Source: Hormiphora californensis
Taxonomy: Eukaryota > Animalia > Ctenophora
Direction of reading: 5' to 3'
NCBI GenBank assembly: GCA_020137815.1
Contig: CM035355.1
Location: forward strand, 4,898,001 to 4,962,000
Length of the DNA stretch: 64,000 bases
The notes below the pieces were generated by a model, which saw only the letters and a program-made list of their open reading frames with translations, ran no database searches and was not told the DNA's origin. Of the stretch, positions 54,163 through 64,000 are shown piece after piece. The position numbers and the translations under genes are program-made. Numbering within the stretch: position 1 is the stretch's first letter; each line of letters begins with the position of its first letter.

Positions 54163-55040
54163 CTGCCCGGGGGAAAGGGAGGGTTAAATTGGGGCAGTGG
54201 CCGCACCCTGCCCGGGGGAAAGGGGGTTAGTCGCTTGCAGTGGCCGCACCCTGCCCGGGGGAAAGGGAGGGTTAAATTGGGGCAGTGGCCGCACCCTGCC
54301 CGGGGGAAAGGGAGGGTTATATTGGGGTTAGTCGCTTGCAGTGGCCGCACCCTGCCCGGGGGAAAGGGGGTTAGTCGCTTGCAGTGGCCGCACCCTGCCC
54401 GGGGGAAAGGGAGGGTTATATTGGGGGTTAGTCGCTTGCAGTGGCCGCACCCTGCCCGGGGGAAAGGGAGGGTTAAATCGGGGCAGTGGCCGCACCCTGC
54501 CCGGGGGAAAGGGAGGGTTAAATTGGGGCAGTGGCCGCACCCTGCCCGAGGGAAAGGGGTTTAGTCGCTTGCAGTGGCCGCACCCTGCCCGGGGGAAAGG
54601 GGGTTAGTCGCTTGCAGTGGCCGCACCCTGCCCGGGGGAAAGGGGTTTAGTCGCTTGCAGTGGCCGCACCCTGCCCGGGGGAAAGGGAGGGTTAAATTGG
54701 GGCAGTGGCCGCACCCTGCCCGGGGGAAAGGGGGTTAGTCGCTTGCAGTGGCCGCACCCTGCCTGGGGGAAAGGGGGTTAGTCGCTTGCAGTGGCCGCAC
54801 CCTGCCCGGGGGAAAGGGGTTTAGTCGCTTGCAGTGGCCGCACCCTGCCCGGGGGAAAGGGAGGGTTAAATTGGGGCAGTGGCCGCACCCTGCCCGGGGG
54901 AAAGGGGGTTAGTCGCTTGCAGTGGCCGCACCCTGCCTGGGGGAAAGGGGGTTAGTCGCTTGCAGTGGCCGCACCCTGCCCGGGGGAAGGGAGGATTAAA
55001 TTGGGGCAGTGGCCGCACCCTGCCCGGGGGAAAGGGAGGG
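54134..55040 (-). repeat. Tandem array of 20 units (43-57 bp) made of the PDI 3' splice site plus the start of the CGHC exon
   Basis: Minus-strand unit CCCTTTCCCCCGGGCAG|GGTGCGGCCACTGC followed by AAGCGACTAACCC or CCCAATTTAACCCT. The last unit runs into the true exon. A degenerate further copy lies at ~55090-55128. Confidence 0.92.
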
Positions 55041-55343
55041 TTAAATTGGGGGTTAAATTGGGGGTTAAATTGGGGGTTAGATTGGGGGTTAGATGGGGGC
55101 AGTGGCAACGCGGCCCCTCCCTGCCGTAGTTCAATCATTTCGCCAACCATTTACAATATATATAAACTTCATGTGTCAAGCATGTTTCTGAATCGCTCAA
55201 AACACACCTAAAAAGGACAGGAATGGGGCAAAACTTGTATGGGGGGGGGGGGGGCAAACTTGTCTAGAAAACTTGTCTAGAGCTATAAAAAATAGTAATA
55301 TTCCCTGACAGGTCTGATAGGGGCGGTGAGTGAAGCTAAACCG

Positions 55344-55433
<90 letters not shown>

Positions 55434-56847
55434 TAGAGAGTGCACTGAGTGGAGCAAAGTGGCATAAATTGACACATTTGCTATTAAATTTATGCTCTAT
55501 CGCTATTATAAACGCTCTATCGCACCTATATTAAACTTCTGGTAGATAGAGCAAAGGACACTGGACACGTTATTACAATCATTATCAGTTCGAGACCTTG
55601 TCAGATATATGTGTCTAGCTTCTGCCTTGTTTCAAACCGGGCTGCAGGGAGAGAGGGTTTCCGATCCCCATACTCAATGCATGATTTCATTCTTCTGAAG
55701 AAGCTTCTATTTGACCGGCCATTAAATTTGACATCTATAAATGAATCCAGCCGCCAATCGAAGCCAAGTTTAAAGGTTATTATATTTCTTGTGACAGGTT
55801 GTATTTATATCGAATCTTTCCAATGCAGTAGTTCCAGGGTCCATTGCGACAAAAACGCCCTACTAAGATGGGAGGCGGGGGGAACTGTTGTCACTTTGTT
55901 TCCTTAATCTTTCATTACAGTGCTGCTTGTAGTCGTATTACTGTAATGAAAATACAGTAAGGAGACGCACACGTTGCATAACGCACGGCAAAAAGTGCAT
56001 GTGTTCAGCACGTACTAGCGCCCTGATTGGCCACGGTTGCGCGTCGTCTTACTGTATCTCAGTTTTCCATTACCGTTTTCCCACTACAAGCGACCGTGTT
56101 ATATGTATGTATATTTAAATTGGCCAATGGTGCCGATCCGTTTATAATCTGCACTATACCTCAAATAATTTTGATGGCAAATTTGTGGACAATCTATTGA
56201 ACCATCGTCCATCTCACTATAAAAGGTAGACAATCTTTGTACTTCCTCAGTAGTAAATACTGGGGCTGGGGAAGGACTTACTTCCTGGCTACAAATTTGT
56301 AAATTCATGTTTATAGGGCCCCCAGTTTAAAGAATTTTGTATCCCTAAAAGGCATTAAAGATAGTTATATGTTCTTGTCTCAGGATAATTGACTCAGGAG
56401 TCAGGGTAATATATAATCTAGTTAGAAGTAGTTACCACGCGACCCATGTTACTGGGTGTGACGTAAATAATACTGTTATCAATCCATATATCTAGAGCTT
56501 TACTTTCTAGTGTCTACATTTTGCCAATTTCGCTAACAATAACGGTGTGATATTGCCGCTTATTAGGCTCAGCTCTCAGTCCTATAATTCATATATCTCA
56601 AGATTAGTTTTATTGTTAAATTTCTCCTTTTCTTCCTCTCCCTCTCTCCCGCCCTATTTATATAGCCCATTCCCACACTATTGTTTACCAGGTGGGGGAT
56701 CATTCGTGTGTCTCGACATCTACCAACAGCAAACCCGCGTGTATTCACAACGCCGCTGTCAGAGCATTGGTCAGGATGCCTGACCCTATTCTCATTTCTT
56801 TCAAAGTGCACGAGAATAGCAGTCAGAGCATTGGACTGACAGCAATT

Positions 56848-59800
56848 CCCTAGTCAGAATATAATACGTATTATTTTCAACAATACGTATTAAATACGCG
56901 CGCAAATATGTATTTAATACGTATTAAATACGTATTATAAGCCGAAAATACAGAAAAGCCGCGCATTTAGCAAGTGCTACCATCGCGAGCCGCACAACTT
57001 CCGACCCAATTTTAGGTCAAAAGCGCGTTACAGATACGACATACAGCCTCACCCTGCCACATGTCCCAATACAGCTCTGCCGCGAAGTGCTACTGTGTTC
57101 CTTCGTCTTCTAAAACAGGTCCCTGTCCCAATACAGCTCTGCCTGCCACGAATTGCTACTGTGTTCCCCCGACTTCTAAAACAGGTCCCTGTCCCAGTAC
57201 AGCTCTGCCACGAATTGCTACTGTGTTCCCCCGCCTTCTAAAACAGGTCCCTGTCCCAGTACAGCTCTGCCACGAATTGCTACTGTCTTCCCCCGCCTTC
57301 TAAAACAGGTCCCTGTCCCAGTACAGCTCTGCCACGAATTGCTACTGTGTTCCCCCACCTTCTAAAACAGGTCCCTGTCCCAATACAGCTCTGCCACGAA
57401 TTGCTACTGTCTTCCCCCGCCTTCTAAAACAGGTCCCTGTCCCAATACAGCTCTGCCACGAATTGCTACTGTGTTCCTCCGTCTTCTAAAACAGGTCCCT
57501 GTCCCAGTACAGCTCTGCCACGAATTGCTACTGTCTTCCCCGCCTTCTAAAACAGGTCCCTGTCCCAATACAGCTCTGCCACGAATTGCTACTGTCTTCC
57601 CCGCCTTCTAAAACAGGTCCCTGTCCCAATACAGCTCTGCCACGAATTGCTACTGTGTTCCTCCGTCTTCTAAAACAGGTCCCTGTCCCAATACAGCTCT
57701 GCCACGAATTGCTACTGTGTTCCTCCGCCTTCTAAAACAGGTCCCTGTCCCAATACAGCTCTGTCACGAATTGCTACTGTCTTCCCCTGTCTTCTAAAAC
57801 AGGTCCCTGTCCCACTACAGCTCTGCCACGAATTGCTACTGTGTTCCCCGCCTTCTAAAACAGGTCCCTGTCCCAATACAGCTCTGCCACGAATTGCTAC
57901 TGTGTTCCCCCACCTTCTAAAACAGGTCCCTGTCCCAATACAGCTCTGCCACGAATTGCTACTGTGTTCCCCGCCTTCTAAAACAGGTCCCTGTCCCAAT
58001 ACAGCTCTGCCACGAATTGCTACTGTGTTCCCCCACCTTCTAAAACAGGTCCCTGTCCCAATACAGCAGTAGTAATTCGTGGCAGAGCTGTAGTGGGACA
58101 GGGACCTGTTTTAGAAGACGGAGGAAGACAGTAGCAATTCGTGGCAGAGCTGTATTGGGACAGGGACCTGTTTTAGAAGACGGAGGAACACAGTAGCAAT
58201 TCGTGGCAGAGCTGTAGTGGGACAGGGACCTGTTTTAGAAGGCGGGGGAAGACAGTAGCAATTCGTGGCAGAGCTGTATTGGGAGAGGGACCTGTTTTAG
58301 AAGACGGAGGAACACAGTAGCAATTCGTGGCAGAGCTGAATTGGGACAGGGACCTGTTTTAGAAGGAGGGGAACACAGTAGCGATTCGTGGCAGAGCTGA
58401 ATTGGGACAGGGACCTGATTTAGAAGGAGGGGAACACAGTAGCAATTCGTGGCAGAGCTGTAGTGGGACAGGGATCTGTTTTAGAAGGCGGGGGAACACA
58501 GTAGCAATTCGTGGCAGAGCTGTAGTGGGACAGGGACCTGTTTTAGAAGGCGGGGGAAGACAGTAGCAATTCGTGGCAGAGCTGTAGTGGGACAGGGACC
58601 TGTTTTAGAAGACGGAGGAAGACAGTAGCAATTCGTGGCAGAGCTGTAGTGGGACAGGGACCTGTTTTAGAAGACGGAGGAAGACAGTAGCAATTCGTGG
58701 CAGAGCTGTAATTGGGACAGGGACCTGTTTTAGAAGACGGAGGAACACAGTAGCAATTCGTGGCAGAGCTGTAGTGGGACAGGGACCTGTTTTAGAAGGC
58801 GGGGGAAGACAGTAGCAATTCGTGGCAGAGCTGTAGTGGGACAGGGACCTGTTTTAGAAGACGGAGGAAGACAGTAGCGATTCGTGGCAGAGCTGTATTG
58901 GGACAGGGACCTGTTTTAGAAGACGGAGGAACACAGTAGCAATTCGTGGCAGAGCTGTAGTGGGACAGGGACCTGTTTTAGAAGGCGGGGGAAGACAGTA
59001 GCAATTCGTGGCAGAGCTGAATTGGGACAGGGACCTGTTTTAGAAGGAGGGGAACACAGTAGCAATTCGTGGCAGAGCTGAATTGGGACAGGGACCTGAT
59101 TTAGAAGGCGGGGGAAGACAGTAGCAATTCGTGGCAGAGCTGTATTGGGAGAGGGACCTGTTTTAGAAGACGGAGGAACACAGTAGCAATTCGTGGCAGA
59201 GCTGAATTGGGACAGGGACCTGTTTTAGAAGGAGGGGAACACAGTAGCAATTCGTGGCAGAGCTGAATTGGGACAGGGACCTGTTTTAGAAGGAGGGGAA
59301 CACAGTAACAATTCGTGGCAGAGCTGTAGTGGGACAGGGATCTGTTTTAGAAGGCGGGGGAACACAGTAGCAATTCGTGGCAGAGCTGTAGTGGGACAGG
59401 GACCTGTTTTAGAAGGCGGGGGAAGACAGTAGCAATTCGTGGCAGAGCGGTAGTGGGACAGGGACCTGTTTTAGAAGACGGAGGAATACAGTAGCAATTC
59501 GTGGCAGAGCTGTAGTGGGACAGGGACCTGTTTTAGAAGACGGAGGAAGACAGTAGCAATTCGTGGCAGAGCTGAATTGGGACAGGGACCTGTTTTAGAA
59601 GGCGGGGGAAGACAGTAGCAATTCGTGGCAGAGCTGTATTGGGACAGGGACCTGTTTTAGAAGACGGAGGAACACAGTAGCAATTCGTGGCAGAGCTGTA
59701 GTGGGACAGGGACCTGTTTTAGAAGGCGGGGGAAGACAGTAGCAATTCGTGGCAGAGCTGTAGTGGGACAGGGACCTGTTTTAGAAGACGGAGGAAGACA

Positions 59801-61215
59801 GTAGCAATTCGTGGCAGAGCTGTATTGGGACAGGGACCTGTTTTAGAAGGAGGGGAACACAGTAACAATTCGTGGCAGAGCTGTAGTGGGACAGGGATCT
59901 GTTTTAGAAGGCGGGGGAACACAGTAGCAATTCGTGGCAGAGCTGTAGTGGGACAGGGACCTGTTTTAGAAGGCGGGGGAAGACAGTAGCAATTCGTGGC
60001 AGAGCTGTAGTGGGACAGGGACCTGTTTTAGAAGACGGAGGAAGACAGTAGCAATTCGTGGCAGAGCTGTAGTGGGACAGGGACCTGTTTTAGAAGACGG
60101 AGGAAGACAGTAGCAATTCGTGGCAGAGCTGAATTGGGACAGGGACCTGTTTTAGAAGACGGAGGAACACAGTAGCAATTCGTGGCAGAGCTGTAGTGGG
60201 ACAGGGACCTGTTTTAGAAGGCGGGGGAAGACAGTAGCAATTCGTGGCAGAGCTGTAGTGGGACAGGGACCTGTTTTAGAAGACGGAGGAAGACAGTAGC
60301 GATTCGTGGCAGAGCTGTATTGGGACAGGGACCTGTTTTAGAAGACGGAGGAACACAGTAGCAATTCGTGGCAGAGCTGTAGTGGGACAGGGACCTGTTT
60401 TAGAAGGCGGGGGAAGACAGTAGCAATTCGTGGCAGAGCTGTATTGGGACAGGGACCTGTTTTAGAAGGTGGGGGAACACAGTAGCAATTCGTGGCAGAG
60501 CTGTATTGGGACAGGGACCTGTTTTAGAAGGCGGGGGAAGACAGTAGCAATTCGTGGCAGAGCTGTAGTGGGACAGGGACCTGTTTTAGAAGGCGGGGGA
60601 ACACAGTAGCAATTCGTGGCAGAGCTGTAGTGGGACAGGGACCTGTTTTAGAAGGCGGGGGAAGACAGTAGCAATTCGTGGCAGAGCTGTAGTGGGACAG
60701 GGACCTGTTTTAGAAGACGGAGGAAGACAGTAGCAATTCGTGGCAGAGCTGTATTGGGACAGGGACCTGTTTTAGAAGACGGAGGAACACAGTAGCAATT
60801 CGTGGCAGAGCTGTAGTGGGACAGGGACCTGTTTTAGAAGGCGGGGGAAGACAGTAGCAATTCGTGGCAGAGCTGTAGTGGGACAGGGACCTGTTTTAGA
60901 AGGCGGGGAAGACAGTAGCAATTCGTGGCAGAGCTGTATTGGGACAGGGACCTGTTTTAGAAGACGGAGGAAGACAGTAGCAATTCGTGGCAGAGCTGTA
61001 GTGGGACAGGGACCTGTTTTAGAAGACGGAGGAAGACAGTAGCAATTCGTGGCAGAGCTGTATTGGGACAGGGACCTGTTTTAGAAGACGGAGGAACACA
61101 GTAGCAATTCGTGGCAGAGCTGTAGTGGGACAGGGACCTGTTTTAGAAGGCGGGGAACACAGTAGCAATTCGTGGCAGAGCTGTAGTGGGACAGGGACCT
61201 GTTTTAGATTCTTCT

Positions 61216-61247
<32 letters not shown>

Positions 61248-61479
61248 TTCTTGCAGCTGGTCCCTTCTACGAATTGCTGCTGTTTTTCCCGCGCTCTAGG
61301 TTCATCCAACGCGACTTTCAGCCTCAGCTTGGACGTTTAATGGCGCGGCTCAAGTGCTAAATGCGCGGCTTTACTGTATTTTCGGCTTATAATACGTATT
61401 TAATACGTATTAAATACATATTTGCGCGCGTATTTAATACGTATTGTTGAAAATAATACGTATTATATTCTGACTAGGG
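56848..61479. mobile_element. 4.6-kb non-autonomous element with ~125-bp TIRs, CCC..GGG ends and 2-bp TT TSD (CACTA/EnSpm-like)
   Basis: TT|CCCTAGTCAGAATATAATACGTATT ... AATACGTATTATATTCTGACTAGGG|TT. TIRs contain repeated palindromes AATACGTATT. Superfamily assignment is inference from the ends. Confidence 0.8.
57062..61207. repeat. 61-62-bp satellite in two opposed arrays (~16 units forward, ~51 units reverse, switch near 58066)
   Basis: Unit TAAAACAGGTCCCTGTCCCA(A/G/C)TACAGCTCTGCCACGAATTGCTACTGT(G/C)TTCC(C/T)CCG(C/T)CTTC. Followed by (CTT)n at ~61209-61252. Confidence 0.95.
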
Positions 61480-61858
61480 TTGTGTCTACCACACGTAATG
61501 CCTTACTTGATGATGCATTGATGACATCACTCGCTATTGAATGTATTATAGGGAAGTAATTAATTACCACCCCGGCCCCCTCCTATTGTCACTCAAAGTA
61601 ATTCTACTCATCCCTCTACCATGGTGGCTTATCCTATGAGTGGGAAACTATCATACCATGTCGTACTACCATACCGTACATGTGACTATAATGTCACAGT
61701 CTTCTGTGAGAAAACTAAAATTTTTGTACCATTTCCCAATGCTGAGTTTAGAGCGTTTAAGAAGTTTATTGATTTGCTGTCTGAGGCTCATTATATGAAC
61801 ATTATATCTCAAGACGTGTCATATTATATCTCAATATTTTGTTGTAGGAGAGAGGGAT

Positions 61859-61941
<83 letters not shown>

Positions 61942-62624
61942 TATACAGAGAGAGAGAGAGAGAAAGAGAAAGAGAGAGATAGAAGAATAAGTAAGACTAG
62001 TTAGAACCCTCATCTCAACTCTGATTTTATAAGTGGTATCTTGAGTGGTACATAAAATATCCATAGTCTAGAGAGATGAAGAGGGAGAGAGGGGGAAGTA
62101 GAGAGCTGAGATATAGAGGGTAAATAGAGATGAATATAGATGATTTCGAAGAGATAGGTGCGAGGTACAGGGAGGTAGACACAGCTAGATCACAATAGGT
62201 GTATTATATCGTATCGTATTTATTGATATCGGTACCCCGCGGGTTCCCTTTGTCCATACTGCGTTAGATTTATAGCGAGTATAAATTATGCTACCCTCTC
62301 TGCACTAAGGCCTAAAGTATTGTATCACATCCAAATGCTTATAACCTTTCTAAAGCTAGTTCTCCTTCTCTCTCCCCCTCTCTCTTTCTCACTTTATAGC
62401 ATTTATACGTGACTGAAACAGGCAATAAAACACTATCCAATAAAACAGATAGATCTCAGGTTCTGCCAATATTTCTCAATGACAGTCACGTGAACCTTTT
62501 CTTCCTAGAAAGTAGCCATCTTCGTTGTATTGGCAGTACATGTAACACTGCAGGGGACCGGGAAAATGGGGAGAGAGAGAGAGACAGATGTAGCCATCTG
62601 CTTTGTATTGGCATGCTATATATC

Positions 62625-62673
<49 letters not shown>

Positions 62674-62841
62674 GAAACAGTTTCTTTTCTTTCCTTTTTT
62701 CCTATTTTGCTTTTACAGCCATTTTCGCTTCAACACATTTCTTTCCTCTTTGAATATCGACAGGTGCGGTTATAAATGGTTACCAAGAGGGTGTTATATT
62801 GCAATATAGCGAGTATTAATATATCAATGGGCATGGGTTGA

Positions 62842-62843
<2 letters not shown>

Positions 62844-62872
<29 letters not shown>

Positions 62873-63406
62873 GTCACCTTTTTTTGCCCATGTTTGCCCA
62901 TATGGAAACAACTGATTTTTCAAAAATCGTGGGACTTTGGGCAAAATGGGCAAAAATGGGCAAAAAAATAACTCCTGCACCTTACATCATAGATAGGTTT
63001 ATAGCCACTATAATCGAAGCAGAATTTCACGCAGAATTTCACGCAGAATTTCACGCAGAATTTCACGCTGAAGATGCTTGTATTTATTTTGTTCTAGGAC
63101 GTTTCTGAAACCCATAAAAGCCAAAAAATCTAAAAAATCCTAAATTTAGGATTTGACCACTAAAAAAATTTTGACTTCTAATTAGACACCAAAGACCATT
63201 ATAACCGAGTTTTATCAAAACTTGGGCTGTTCTCTCACATGAAATCAAGCTATAGAGTTGAAAAAACGACAGCTAACACTGAAAATTTTATTTTGCCCAT
63301 TTTTGCCCACTTATGCCCATTTTTGCCCATTTTGCCCATATGGGCAAAACCAAAATTCGCTGGGATTATGGGCAATAGGCAAAAAAAAAAGTGACGCCCC
63401 CCCCCC
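62844..63406. mobile_element. Mutator-like MITE with poly-G/poly-C ends and 8-9-bp TSD
   Basis: TSD GGGTTGAT(G) at 62835-62843 and 63407-63415. TIR GGGGCGTCAC(C/T)TTTTTT. Internal GCAGAATTTCAC x4. Confidence 0.82.
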
Positions 63407-64000
63407 GGGTTGATGTACTTCAGTCCTATTTTCTGCACATAAAAAAGAGTATGTCACAATATATTAGGACCTGTTTATGTCCATTATTTTGTTTCGTCTC
63501 CTTTTCTCATTTCTTATTGTTGTTTTGGAATAACTTCTGTCTGTGGTAATATATTAATTGTGTAGAATGTCTTTCTGTTTAGACAGTTCTTTAGCACTAG
63601 CCAAGTTAATCTTGATCTTAGCCTAACTGCATTAAACATACATTAGCATTTTTGCCAAGTTAGACTGTTTTATAAAATAAAATAAAAGAGTTTGTACAAA
63701 ACAATAGCATTTAACCCCGCTAATTATATTTATATTACAAACAGAGTGCCTACAGCATAATACCGGTCTTTTCTTGACTTTGTAATCTTCTCTATTGTTG
63801 TTGTCTGTTGATTACGGCAGCACCTGGCTTTTAGCGCTACCAGAAAGGGAGAGAGAGAGGTGGAGAGAGAGGTGGAGAGAGAGGTGGAGAGAGAGGGAGA
63901 GAAAGAGAGAAGAGAAGAGATGAAACTTTGTACGCCATTTTTTTAATATACATATTTTACTTACTTACTTAAGCGAACTCTCGTTCATAAATCAAATCAA

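Noticed and set aside
55590-56308. Degenerate minus-strand reading frames
   Set aside because: Interrupted by stops and without any motif I can recognise.
57062-61207. CRISPR-like array
   Set aside because: Units are contiguous with no unique spacers, there are no cas genes, and the context is eukaryotic.
63958-64000. Upstream PDI exon ending at a gtaagt donor on the minus strand
   Set aside because: It has an in-frame TGA and no FYAP motif. AAGTAAGTAAGTA resembles the LINE tail seen at ~32050-32063.

Overview
Eukaryotic, almost certainly animal, genomic DNA with GT-AG introns, many (CT)n/(GA)n microsatellites and many non-autonomous DNA transposons. A non-bilaterian such as a ctenophore is plausible, but this is inference only. 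I reconstructed six genes by hand-splicing, and most of their exons are absent from the ORF track. Plus strand, head-to-tail: (1) a class I SAM methyltransferase with a transit-peptide-like N-terminus and two alternative, paralogous last exons (86-2453/3099); (2) an MCCC2-like carboxyltransferase (3300-14356); (3) an intronless SLC25A34/35-like mitochondrial carrier (15044-15956); (4) SMURF, a C2-WW-HECT E3 ligase (16305-38939). Minus strand: (5) an FABP-like gene nested in an intron of the carboxyltransferase, with two duplicated alternative first coding exons; (6) the 3' part of a protein disulfide isomerase with an active thioredoxin domain, an ERp29 C-terminal domain and an HSEL end (45889-54162; 5' exons apparently beyond the window). 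The most striking observation is that the G-rich minisatellite at 54134-55040 is 20 tandem copies of the PDI 3' splice site plus the first codons of the WCGHC active-site exon. Similar splice-site-spanning duplications recur in other genes here. Mobile DNA includes two 1390-bp TTAA (Kolobok-like) foldback MITEs whose centre is flipped relative to the arms, hAT-, Mutator-, Tc1/pogo- and CACTA-like MITEs (one holding a 4.1-kb inverted 62-bp satellite), two non-autonomous Helitrons and a 5'-truncated LINE. About 18.5-23.2 kb contains error-rich consensus, and two genes have homopolymer frameshifts that are probably assembly errors.
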